A stretch of DNA of 63,789 bases, counting the filler, from Chiloscyllium plagiosum (Eukaryota), in assembly GCF_004010195.1 (NCBI RefSeq). It is 4 parts of one record of this genome, joined end to end, with 100 filler letters (N's around TTAATTAATTAA, not from the genome) between each part and the next. Parts side by side here need not be neighbours in the genome. Positions count along the whole stretch, not along the records: positions 1 to 26,186 come from NC_057712.1; 3 more parts are not named here. One strand, written 5' to 3'. Below the pieces are notes generated by a model. It searched no databases and had not been told where the DNA came from. It saw only the letters and a list, made by a program, of their open reading frames with translations. Shown piece after piece: positions 12,820 through 23,770 of this stretch. The translations under genes were made by a program, and so were the position numbers. Numbering within the stretch: the first letter of the stretch is position 1; every line of letters begins with the position of its first letter.

Positions 12820-14522
12820 TTTTTGTTGAGGTACTTTAGGTGTTGGAGGTGATTTCCTCAAATTCCAGGAGCAGTAATTACTGTTTTATATACTGTTGCA
12901 TTGTTCAGGAACTTTGTGGAAACAATGATCAAAACAATGGCACTTTAAAAAGGACTGAGAACAGAGGCAGTAACCATATGATCAGTGAGTGAGAGAGAGA
13001 GAGAGAGAAAGAAACCTACACTGCCATCTGACACAACAGTGAATCTGTGCAGTTACTGCCTTTGCTGTTTGAGTTCAAGTACCTCTAGACATTGGAGTGC
13101 GTCTAAGAAGAGTTAACAAACGGTGAAGTTCACAGCTGACCTTGGTGGAATCTGTGTGGGAGAGCTCACAGCACAGGAGCAGATGAGTGCATGTTTTTTT
13201 AAGGGTAATCTTGCTGTTTTTTTTTAATAGTGAGTAGAGTGGCTTCTTTTTAGTTATATGTTTTATTGAGATTTGTCTCAGTCAAAATTTAAAAATATAG
13301 AACATAGGTACCAAGTTAGCCTGGGGCAGTGTTTTTTAGAGCAGTAAGACTGTGTTATTTTCTGTAGATTGTTAAGGTGCAAAGAAGGCCTTTAGTAGAG
13401 TGATGTGCTCTTCCCTTTGGATGTGGGAGTATAGGGAGAATTTCCACATTACTGATGATTCTGTCTGCAGTAAGTGCAGTTGGTTGTGAATCCTATCAGA
13501 TTGCATGGGTCTGTTGGAGGCAATGAGGAATTTATAAGAACTAGTTTGTGTGATGGATGGCAGTTATAGGAAGGAAGAAAGACCGCATGTACAGTCAGGT
13601 AGATAGGTTACCGCCAGGAAAGGTAAGAGAGACTAGGTAGTGCTGTTTTGGAAAATGTAGGGGGTGATGGACTCTCAGGGGAATGTAGCATGAACAGCCA
13701 AGTTTCTGGTACCGAGAGTGGTTCTAATGTAATGAGGGGTAAGTCGGGTTCCAAGCAATTGATTGTGATAGGGGACTCTCTGGTCGGGGCACAGGCAGAC
13801 ATTTCTGCAGCCAACAGTGAGAAATCAGAATGGTGTGTTGCTTCCTTGGTTCCAGGATCAAGGATTTCTCAGAGAGAGTGCAGAATACTCTCAAAGGGGT
13901 TTGGGACCAGCAGGAGGTCATTGTACACATTGGAACTAACAAAATCTAAAAAAGGGATGAGATTCTAAATGGAGAATATAGGAAGTTAGGCAGGAATTTA
14001 GAAAGGAGGTCCTTGAGAATGGTAATGTCTTGATTGCTCCCAGTGCTACAAGCTAGTGAGGGTGGGAATAGGAGGATAGAGCAGATGAATGAGTAGCTGA
14101 GGAGCTGGTGCATGGGAGAAGTGTTCACATTTTTATATCATTGGAATCTCTTCTGGAGTAGAAGTGATCTGTACAAGAAGGACGAATTGCACCTAAATTG
14201 GAAGGGGACTAATATACTGGCAAGAAGATTTGCTAACGCTGCTTGGGAGGATTTAAACTAGTAAGGTTTGGCGGGGGGGGAGGTTGGGGGTGTTGGGGTG
14301 CAGGGAGATAGTGAGGAAAAAGATCAATCTGTGACTGGTACAGTTGGGAAAAGGAGCGAGTCAAACAGTCAGGGCAGGCAGGAACAAATCAGAGAATGAG
14401 GTAAATTAAACTGCATTTATTTCAATGCAAGGGGCCTAACAGGGAAGGCAGATGAACTCAGGGCATGGTTAGGAACATGGGACTGGGATATCATAGCAAT
14501 TACAGAAACATGGCTCAGGGAT
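12820..14522 (+). mobile_element. CR1 LINE 5' half: 5' UTR, ORF1 (Cys-rich N-terminus plus SGNH esterase) and start of ORF2 endonuclease; 3'-truncated
   Basis: ORF1 LIVIGDSLV (GDS motif) and EVIVHIGTN; ORF2 LNCIYFNARGLTGKADELRAWLGTWDWDIIAITETWLRD at 14405-14522; multiple stops and frameshifts. Confidence 0.85.
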
Positions 14523-14659
14523 GTGAAGGGCACTGCTTGTCACTGGCCACTTAGGTGTTTTCCCTTTTCTATCCTGCCATTTCAGTGGGCAGAATAATTC
14601 TTTCTGTTCCTGTTCAACCAGGTCAGTTTTGACTTGTAATTTTCCCAACATTATTACTT

Positions 14660-14870
14660 TATAGAGTCATGGAGTCATACAGCACAAAAACAAACCTTTC
14701 AGACCAACTCATCCATGCAGACCAGACATTCCAATCTGATCTAGTCCCATTTTCCAGCATTTGGCCTATATCCATATAAACCCTTCTGATTCATTTTTCC
14801 ATCCAGATATCTTTTAAACATCATATTGTACCCACCTCCGGCAGTTTGTTCCATACACACACCACCCTCT
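14660..14870 (-). mobile_element. CR1 (HER1-like) 3' end
   Basis: atagagtcat tail and CR1 3' UTR in reverse orientation. Confidence 0.8.
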
Positions 14871-15290
14871 AACACAGAACAACACTCATAGACCATCAGT
14901 TACGACGCACTCTCTATTTGCTTTGGAGTTATGAATTCACCTTCTTCAGGGAATGGCTAACTCTCTTGTTGAAGAACATCCCTTGCCAAATCTGAAATGT
15001 TTTTACCATACACCGGACTTGTTGAGAATTGCCATAAAAAGTATATTTTGGAAATTTTCAAAACTTCAGCTCTTCCTTACTGATGTCTATGCTCTATCAG
15101 CAAGCCCAAAAATCTCTCACTGATGCTCACTGCATGTTGTAGGAAATGACAAATCAAATCTGCACCATTTGCCTTCCATGTTGTATGAGCATGGCAGCTC
15201 ACCACGCTTTACAAACTAGGAGATTGTTGACTGGGGTTGTTAAACTGAGCTAATCAGGAAGCCCTGGCTAACCAATATAAACAGGGGATT

Positions 15291-15699
15291 GTTCGGGCCT
15301 GGGTGACCCTGAAGGTGGACCACGCTGTGTCCACCAACACCCTGGGGTTGTTCAGGGAGAGGTGGGTGCTGCAGGGAGTGTAGTGCATTATCTCCCCCTA
15401 CAACTCTATTTTGATTTAGTCCCTACCCTCCCCTTCATTGTTTTGATCACACAGCACTGCCCTTTGATGTGAAGGGCACTGCTTGTCACTGGCCACTCGG
15501 GTGTTTTCCTGTCTTCCTGGTGGTGGAAACTGAATAAAGATTCATACACCTTGTGTCTCTCACTGTGTCTCACACCTGCGCACACACACCATGGGTGCTG
15601 GGGTAAAAATAAGCACTACCGCAGTTAGGCAGTAATACGGGAGTTTTTTTAAAAAAAGTAAAAAAAAGAACAGGAGTGTCAGTAAAAAAATAAATAAAT
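15291..15699 (+). mobile_element. Tx1-like non-LTR element 3' end, array unit 1
   Basis: ORF2 C-terminus-like coding stretch, 3' UTR with AATAAA, (CA)n and A-rich tail; flanked by aaacaggggatt direct repeats. Confidence 0.75.
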
Positions 15700-15711
15700 A
15701 AACAGGGGATT

Positions 15712-16115
15712 GTTCGGGCCTGGGTGGCCCTGGAGGTGGAGCACGCGGTATCCACCAAAACCCTGGAGTTGTTCAGGGAGAGGTTGACGCCACAGGGAGT
15801 GGAGTGTATTATTTTCCCCTCCAATTCTATTTTGATTTGATCCCTTCCCTCCCCTTCGTTATTTGATCTTGTAGCATTGGCCTCTGAGAAGGGCACTGCT
15901 TGTCACTGGCCACTCAGGTGTTTCCTTTCTTCCTGGTGGTGGAAACTGAATAAAGATTCATACACCTTGTGTCTCTCACTGTGTCTCACACCTGCGCACA
16001 CACACACACCATGGGTGCTGGGGAATAAATAAGCACTACCGCAGTTAGGCAGTAGTGTGGGGGGTAATAAAAATAAAGTAAAAAAAAAAGAAAAACAGCA
16101 GAGACAATAAAAAAT
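15712..16115 (+). mobile_element. Tx1-like non-LTR element 3' end, array unit 2
   Basis: 15712-15840 translates open as VRAWVALEVEHAVSTKTLELFRERLTPQGVECIIFPSNSILI*, which I recognise as a Tx1-clade ORF2 C-terminus; 3' UTR and poly(A) follow. Confidence 0.75.
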
Positions 16116-16127
16116 AAACAGAGGATT

Positions 16128-16438
16128 GTTCGGGCCTGGGCGTCCCTGGAGGTGGAGCACGGGGTATCCACCAACACCTCGAGATTTTCAGGGAGAGGGG
16201 GCATCGCAGGGAGTGGAGTGTATTATTTACCCCTCCAACTACATTTTGATTTAACCCTTGCCCTCCCCTTCATTGTTTGATCACGCAGCATTGCTCTCTG
16301 AGAAGGGCACTGCTTGTCACTGGCCACTTGGGTGTTTCCTTTCTTCCTGGTGGGAATTGAATAAAGATTTGTACACCTGTTGTCTTTCACTTTGTCTCAC
16401 ACCTGCACACACACAAAAAAAAATTAAAATTTAAAAAA
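16128..16438 (+). mobile_element. Tx1-like non-LTR element 3' end, array unit 3 (early polyadenylation)
   Basis: Same 5' start gttcgggcctggg; poly(A) begins directly after the (CA)n tract and is followed by LTR-derived sequence. Confidence 0.75.
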
Positions 16439-16615
16439 AAACAAGAGATTTAGAGCCTCCTTAGTTAGGACATTGACTAGAAAGAAACAAAAAAAAACAA
16501 CCAGGAGACTTAGAATCTCCACAGCCGCAGTTTAGAGCACTGACTCTGTATGCTGGCTGGCGCTACAGTCAGTGTGTTATGGCTATTGTTGGTTTCTGCT
16601 TTTTTTTGAAAAAAG

Positions 16616-16877
16616 TTTGTGAGAAGATTTGTAGCTCGGGTGCTCGTTGCTGTGGTTCTGTTCGCCGAGCTGGAAGTTTTTGTTGCAAACGTTTCGTCCC
16701 CTGTCTAGGTGACATCCTCAGTGCTTGGGAGCCTCCTGTGAAGCACTTCTGTGGTGTTTATAGTGGTCTGTCCCTGCCGCTTCCGGTTGTCAGTTTCAGC
16801 TGTCCGCTGTAGTGGCCGGTATATTGGGTCCAGGTCGATGTGTTTTTTGATGGAGTTTGTGGATGAGTGCCATAAAT
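16616..16877 (-). mobile_element. Penelope-like element 3' fragment with hammerhead motif
   Basis: Minus strand WHSSTNSIKKHIDLDPIYRPLQ (end of GIY-YIG ORF); hammerhead core at 16685-16724; flanked by ctttttt(t)tgaaaaaag direct repeats (16599-16615, 16878-16893). Confidence 0.8.
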
Positions 16878-16909
16878 CTTTTTTTGAAAAAAGATATAAA
16901 CAGGGGATT

Positions 16910-17273
16910 GTTTGGGCCTGGGTGTCCCTGTAGAAGGAACACTTGGTGTCCACTAACACCCTTGAGATTTTTAAGGGAAGGTGGGCACCGCAGGGAGTGG
17001 ACTGTTTCATTTCCCCCTCCAACTCCATTTTGATTTAATCCCTGCACTCCCCTTCACTGTTTGATCATGCAGCAATGCTATCTGAGAAGGGCACTGCTTG
17101 TCACTGGCTACCCTGATATTTCCTATCTTCCTGGTGGTGGAAACTGAATAAAGATTTATACACCTTGTGTCTTTCACTGTATCTCATACCTGCACACACA
17201 CAACATGGGTCCTAGGAAAAATATAAGCACTACCACAGTTGGTGGTAGTGTGGGGGTAAAGAAGTACAAAAAA
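16910..17273 (+). mobile_element. Tx1-like non-LTR element 3' end, array unit 4
   Basis: Preceded by atataaacaggggatt; same 5' breakpoint; homologous to units 1-3. Confidence 0.75.
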
Positions 17274-17288
17274 TATATAAACGGGATT

Positions 17289-17663
17289 GTTTGGGCCTGG
17301 GTGTCTCTGCCTGGGATTGTTTCGGCCTGGGAGATCGAGCACGCGGTGTCTAGCAATACTCTTGGCCTCTTTAGGGAGAGGTGAGCGCTGTGGGGAATAG
17401 GTGCTTTATTTCCCCCTCCAATTCTATTTTGATTTAGTCCCTAGCCTCCCCTTCACCTGTTTCATGTAAGCATTGCTCGCTCTGGGCTTTGCTTGTCATG
17501 GGTTCATTGGCTGCTTAGGTATCTTTTCTGGTGGTGGAATGTTAAAAAAGTTATTTTCACTTGGTGTTTTCACTGTACCTTGCACTTGCACACAGACAAA
17601 CATGGGTGCTGAGGAATATGAATAAAGAGAAAAAAAGGAACAAAAGAGAAAAAGAGAAAAAAA
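17289..17663 (+). mobile_element. Tx1-like non-LTR element 3' end, array unit 5 (most diverged)
   Basis: Preceded by tataaacgggatt; small duplication of the 5' junction at ~17310-17331; degenerate 3' UTR and A-rich tail before the LTR resumes. Confidence 0.7.
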
Positions 17664-19398
17664 ATATAGCAGGGAATTTAGAATCTCCTCAGTTCAAGAG
17701 ACTGACTCCAAGCTGGCTGTCGCAGCCAGTGTATTGTACACCAATAGAAAAAGGGTGACTTGGTGACGGGATACCGGCCTCTATGCAGTTATTTCATGGT
17801 GTACCTATCCCAGATAACATTAAGATAACTATATTAAAGGGCAAGTATATTTGACAGATTTGTTCAAGTTTTTAAGGATGCTTTCAACTGTTTTCCCTCA
17901 CTGTGAACCCCAATCCACCCAGTTACCCACTCTAGGGATCCCACAAATGAAGGCTCCACTGTATTACCTGTAGCAGCCACTAAGCCCGATGGCATTGCCA
18001 GCACTGGAGTACATTCAGCCTCTAATTGGTTAGCTGCCCTCCATCGTTGGGGTTTCTGCAGTCAGCATCCCAAATCATGCGGAACATGATTCCTGACAGA
18101 CATTTAATTTGACTGGGGAAATGACTCCATGGGTTTCCTAGTTTGTTCAACCGGTGCATGAGGTCAATATCAGGGACATTAAATTCCTTCCCATATCTCC
18201 TTATGTGGCTCAGTAGCATACTTTGTTTTACAATACTCACGTGTAGTGCCAGTGGGACGTGCTGTAACATTAAAGGTGCACTTTAAGCAGAGGTTCCTGT
18301 TGCTTTATTTGCTGACCTTTCATACGTAAAGTAATTCATAGAGGAGGAAGGGGAATGCCTCCCTTTTGCAGAGAATCATCCAAAATTCGAGGCCGCAAAG
18401 AAGAAAATAGAAATTTTTCTTTTTTGAATAGAAGGTGAACTCTTTCTACAAGAAGTATGTCAGACATGTAGGCCAGGAATTTCCAATAACCAGATAACAG
18501 GACATGAGTTGGACATGAGAACCCTGCAGAATCCCCATGGTAGCAGACTCTGAAGGAATTGACTAGAAATTGAAATTGAAAAGTGCCAGCTCACTTATCT
18601 TCCTTGCACCATAACCTCACATAAACATTACGTACTTACCTTTCAACAGCAGCCCGCAAAGTGGCTGTCTGTGATGCTTTACTTATAAATTTCAGGATAC
18701 AGCAATTTGCAATTTTCATGAGATCACCACTTCTTGGAAAATCTGGCCCATCGCTTTTAAAAATCAGCATGGAATATGGACAACATACATCAACTCAAAA
18801 TGGACTTGGGCAGACCGGGAGTCCCTCATTTATGTTTTTTGAAAATACACACAAAAGCAGGTTTTTGTCCATCCAGGTCTTTGAGAAAATCACTCAAAAA
18901 GCAAAAGAGCTTTTCCAGGTGCTGATGACTGCCCCTCCCCATTTCAAAAAACGTGATGCAGCATAATACCTGGCAGACTTGCTGGCCTTGTGGGAACGAG
19001 AATGCAAGGCAAGCTATTCAGAGGCTATATGTAACTGGAATGGTAAAACGTTCTCAAACACTTTGATCGTGTTGTAATCCTTTAGTCCATCAAACCCATG
19101 TGTGTGGAAATGGAGATACTGTAGTCACATGACAGGAACTGGCTTGGAGTATGAACCATGTTATTGATTTACAAGGGTAGTGAGTGCAAGTCAGTCTGGG
19201 GCAAAATTCGCAAAGAGAAAGTTGATTCGTTTGTAGGAAGTGAGTATCACTGGCAAGGTTGCCAATTATTGTCCATCTCTAATTGCCCTTCAGAAGGTTG
19301 AGATGAGTCATCTTCTTGAACATGCTCCCAGAAAAAAAAGATGAACCCTGTCTAAAAATTCTCCTACCCTCAGAGAAGTGGGACTATTCCTTTTGTCT

Positions 19399-19600
19399 CA
19401 AAAAGTGTGACGCCGGAAAAGCACAGCAGGTAACAGGCAGCACCCAAGGAGCAGGAGAGTCGATGTTTTGAGCATAATGATGAAGGGCTTAAGGTCAAAA
19501 CATCGACTCTCCTGCTCCTTGGATGCTGCTGACCTGCTGTGCTTGACCAGCGCTACACTTTTTGACTTTGATCTCCAGCATTTGAAGTCCTCACTTTCTC
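19399..19600. mobile_element. Penelope-like inverted (fold-back) terminal fragment
   Basis: caaaaagtgt...caaggagcaggagagtcgatgttttga and tcaaaacatcgactctcctgctccttgg...acactttttg form inverted arms around a degenerate tgatgaagggc core. Confidence 0.8.
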
Positions 19601-21244
19601 TTTTTTGGCTGCAGATTACATTTTCATTGCAGGGAGTTGATCAAAGTTGCAGTTGGAAAAACAGAAGGCAGCTATTACATTGTGTAAGCAACTGTAAATT
19701 CATCACCAGAAACTCTAAACCTCCATTATCTTCAACAAGTCAAAAGACAGCAACCTTAACCCTGATCCTAACTGATAATGACATCAACTTTTTGCACTCT
19801 TTCAGAAATGTAAATGCATGCTACAGTTTACGTAATCATATCGTGTGAGTATTTTGTGAATGAGTGAGAGGGTTCTGTTGTGTTCATGTTTCAGGTGTTG
19901 AAACAGACCTTTCTTTTAGTTTTCTTTTAAACTTACTAAAGCCTGTTTTATGCCTATTCTTGAAAGTCACAGCATTAAAGGTACAGAAATACTCCTTTTA
20001 AAACACATCACTCTTTGTGTTTGATCAAGAGGTTGGGTAGACAGGGAAAATCATCATTCTTCTTTCCCCTGTCCATAACAAGTGGTATTCAAACTGAATA
20101 GAATTGGAGCAGTAATGGGTGGTGAGAGCCATACTCAGGTAATAGAGCCAATACAGCCTCTTTCTGGTAAGTGAAGTGAGATAAAATGGGGCCTAGGTAT
20201 TTCATAATTTGAATTTCTATGAATAACTAGAAAATGAGTGCTTACTGTTTGCTTTGTAAGTCATCAGTAATTAGATGAACCATTCATGGCTCAGTAAATT
20301 GGATGAGATCTTTGTACGCCTTTTAATTTTTTTTCTCTCCACTTCAGTGTTGTTTTAATGATTTGGAAAATGAAAAAAAAGGCCAATGTGAGATTAGCAA
20401 ATCTTTCTCTCTGCAACAAAAGAAACATAAAACCTTGCAATAGCTAACTGAAGTTACCATGCAAGATTGAAGTTACACAAAATTGTTTTGCATCTATTTT
20501 GTTCTGAAATGAATACGCATGAAGTTCAAGGTTTTGTTTTGACAAACATTGATTACATTTTCTCACTTTAAAATGAAATTCAAAGTGCTATGTGAAACTT
20601 GAATGTGTTTTTTGTGAATATATTATTTTCCAGTTTTTGTCCTTTTTTCTCCTTTAAATAGGTTTCATTCCTTGCTTTATCTCCAGAGACCTGTTTACTC
20701 TTGAACTGATTGCCAAAGTTCATGCATTCTTCCACCAAATTGTTCATGTTCGCAATTCTCCTGTGGTATTATCAGAGTTTAAACATTTTAGATCTTGCTT
20801 AAATAATTGCAGCAACAAAGAATCATGAAATCGCATTATGATACAGAATAGAAATGTGCCATTCAGCCCTTACCATCTGCTTTGCCTCTTTAATAAGCCA
20901 ATCCAGTCAGTCCCACTCCCTTTTTCCTTCTACAGAGACATACAACCTGCTTTTCCTTTTAAGTATTTATCCAATTTTCTTTTAAATGATTGAATCTGCT
21001 TTCACCAACTTTTCATTGTACTTTAGTTTGACAAACTCAAGTTAAGAGAAGTGCTTAGCTCGTGATATTATCACTAGACTATTGATCCAGAGATCTAGGT
21101 AATATTCAGAGGATTCAGATTTCAATTGTGCTACAGCAGATCATGGAATTGAGAGTCTAATGATCACTGTAAATCATTATCAATTGTCAAACTCACTTGG
21201 TTTACTCATGTTCTTTGGTGAAGGAGACTGCCATTCTTCTCTGT

Positions 21245-21932
21245 TGTGAAACTTGAAGGGGTTCGGAAAAGATTTACGAGAATGTTGCAATGGTTGGAGG
21301 GTTTGAGCTATAGGGAGAGGCTGAATAAGCCGAAACCATTTTTCCTGAAGTGTCGGAGGATGAGGGATGACCTTTTGGAGGATTATAAAATCATGAGAGG
21401 CATGGATAGGGCAAATAGACAACTTTTTTTTCTGGGGTGGGGGAGTCCAGAACTGGAGACCTTAGGGTGAGAGGGGAATGATATAAAAGAGACCTAAGGG
21501 GCAACATTTTCACACAGACGGTGGTACTAAAGCCTGTTCTATGCCTATTCTTGAAAGTCACAGCTTTAAAGGTACTGAAATACTCCTTTTAAAACACATC
21601 ACTCTTTGTGTTTGATCAAGAGGTGGGTAGACAGGGAAAATCATCATTCTTCTTTCCCCTGTCCATAACAAGTGATATTCAGACTGAATAGAATTGGAGC
21701 AGTAACGGATGGTGAGAGCCATACTCTGGAATGAACTGCCAGAGGACGTAGTGGAAGCTGGGACAATTACAACATTTAAAAGGCATCTGAATGGGTATAT
21801 GAAAAGGAAGGGTTTAGAGGGATCTGGGCCAAGTGCTGGCAAATGGGACTAGATGAGTTTAGGATATCTGGTTGACGTGGATGAGTTGGTCTGAAGGGTC
21901 AGTTTTCATGCTGTACATCTCGCTGACTCTGT
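21245..21932 (+). mobile_element. CR1 (HER1-like) 3' fragment containing a 202-bp captured local sequence
   Basis: ORF 21246-21470 KLEGVRKRFTRMLQWLEGLSYRERLN; CR1 sequence is interrupted at gtggtac|...|tggaatgaactgcc. Confidence 0.9.
21525..21726 (+). repeat. Direct duplicate of 19934-20136
   Basis: tactaaagcctgtt...ggtgagagccatactc is present at both positions, about 8 differences by eye. Confidence 0.95.
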
Positions 21933-22254
21933 GTGATGCAACTAATGCAGTTGACTCTCAGCTGCCCTCTAGGCAATCGGGGAGGGACAATAAATACTGA
22001 CCTACCCAGTGATGTTCACATCCTGTGGATGAATCAAATAAAGACTGCGCCTAGAGTGTTTTGCAGGAAGGATATATTAGTCGGCCAAGGAGATCAGTGT
22101 AGTTTTACTGGAATGATAGCTGCACTCCAAAGTTTAAGTCATGAAAAGAAGTTAAATAAATTTGTGTGCATTGTGTAGGAATTTTAAAGGGTATTTTGTT
22201 TGAACTTTGAGACCTCAAGAGCCACAGACAGAGCAGATGTGAACAACAACTGCA

Positions 22255-23770
22255 AATTGGAGAACCTGACCAGATAGTATCCAAGAACACTGCAAGAGAT
22301 TAGAGAAGAAATTGTAGGGGTCCTGACTGTCATTTTTGCATCATCGTTAGCCAAGGGTGAAGTCCCTGAAGACTGGAGGTAGCGTATGTTGTGCCATTAT
22401 TCCAGAAGGGCTGTAAAGAAAAGTCTGGGAACTATAGACCAGTAAGCTTAACATCTGTGGTGGGGAAGTTACTGAGAAGATTCTGAGGGGTTAAGATATA
22501 CACGCATTTGGAAAGACAGGGTTTGATTAGGCATGGCTTTGTGAGTGGGAGACCATGCCTCACAAATTTGTTAGAGTTCTTGGATGAAGTGACCAGGAAG
22601 GTTAACAAGGGCAGGGCAGTAGACGTAATCTATAGGGATCTCAATAAGGCCTTTGATAAGGTTCCACATGGTAGGCTGCTCTGGAAGGTTAGATCACATG
22701 GAATCCAGGGCAAGCTGGCAAATTGCTTGATTGCAGGAGGCAGAGGGTAATAGTGGAAGGATGCTTGTCAGACTGGAGGCCTGTGACTAGTAGAGTGCCT
22801 CAAGGGTCAGTGCTGGGCCCATTGCTGTTTGTTATCTATATCAATGATTTGGATGAGAATATACGAGGCATGATTAGTAAGTTTGCTGATGACACTAAAA
22901 TAGGGGGTATCATGGACAGTGAGGAAGGTTATCAGAAATTTCAGCAGGACCTTGACCAGCTGGGGAAGTGGGCCAAGAAATGGCAAATGGAGTTTAATAT
23001 AGGTAATGGTGAGGTCTTGCATTTTAAAAAGTCAAATTAAAGTAGGAGGTTCATGGTGAACGGTAGGGCATTAAGGACTGTAGAGGAACAAAGGGACCTT
23101 GGAATTCAAGTTTACAGTTCTCTGAAAGTGGAGTCACAAGTGGACAGGGGAATGAAGAAGACTTTTGGCACACTGGCCTTCATCAATTGGTGCATTGAGT
23201 ATAGAAGTTGGGAAGTTATGTTGCAGTTGTACAGGACATTGCTGAGGCTGCACTTGGAATATTGTGTTTAGTTTTGGTCACCTTGTTATAGGAAGGATGT
23301 TATTAAACTGGAAAGAGTGCAGAAAAAGTTAACAAGGACGTTTCCTGGACTCAATGGACAAGCTGGAACCTTTTTCTTTAGAGTGTAGGAGACTGAGATA
23401 GGAGTGTATAAGACCATGAGAGGCATGGATAGGGTGAATGCACTCAGTCTTTTTACCAGGGTTGGGAAATCGTGGACTGGAGGAAATCAGTTTAAGGTTA
23501 GGGGAGAAGATGAAAGGGAACCTGAGGGGCAACATTTTTACACAGAGAGTGGTATGCATATGGAATGGGCTCTCAGTGGAAGTGGTTGAGGCAGGTATAT
23601 CAACAACATTTAAATGGCATTTGGACAGATACAAGGAAAGGATAGGATTAGAAGGATATGGGTCTAGTGGAGAGAAATGGGGTGAGCATGGATGGATTTT
23701 TCAGTCAGCCTGGACCAATTTGGGGCAAAGGGCCTGTCTCTGTGCTGTAGGACTCTATGACTCTCTGACT
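22255..23770 (+). mobile_element. CR1 LINE ORF2 RT domain to 3' end (pseudogenised)
   Basis: [59 protein letters not shown]; ctatgactct tail. Confidence 0.95.

Larger units (their letters stand above)
15229..17796 (+). mobile_element. 5'-truncated solo Gypsy LTR interrupted by a tandem array of Tx1-like insertions
   Basis: 15229-15290 (ctaatcaggaagccctggctaaccaatataaacagg) and 17664-17796 (...aaagggtgacttggtgacgggataccggcctctatgcagttatttca) align with the reverse complement of the LTRs at 29500-29901 and 33617-33849; ends in CA. Confidence 0.8.
21050..22040 (+). mobile_element. tRNA-headed SINE split by a CR1 insertion
   Basis: Head and body at 21050-21244; tail gttgactctcagctgccctctaggcaatcgggg...cacatcctgtggatgaatcaaataaa at 21945-22040. 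Confidence 0.7.

Noticed and set aside
15291..17663. Array superficially resembling a CRISPR repeat-spacer locus or a satellite
   Set aside because: Units are ~310-410 bp homologous poly(A)-tailed retroelement ends, not unique spacers, and there are no cas genes in this vertebrate context.
19070..20080. Possible solo LTR ending in ...ccataaca
   Set aside because: No matching TSD or second copy to define its ends.
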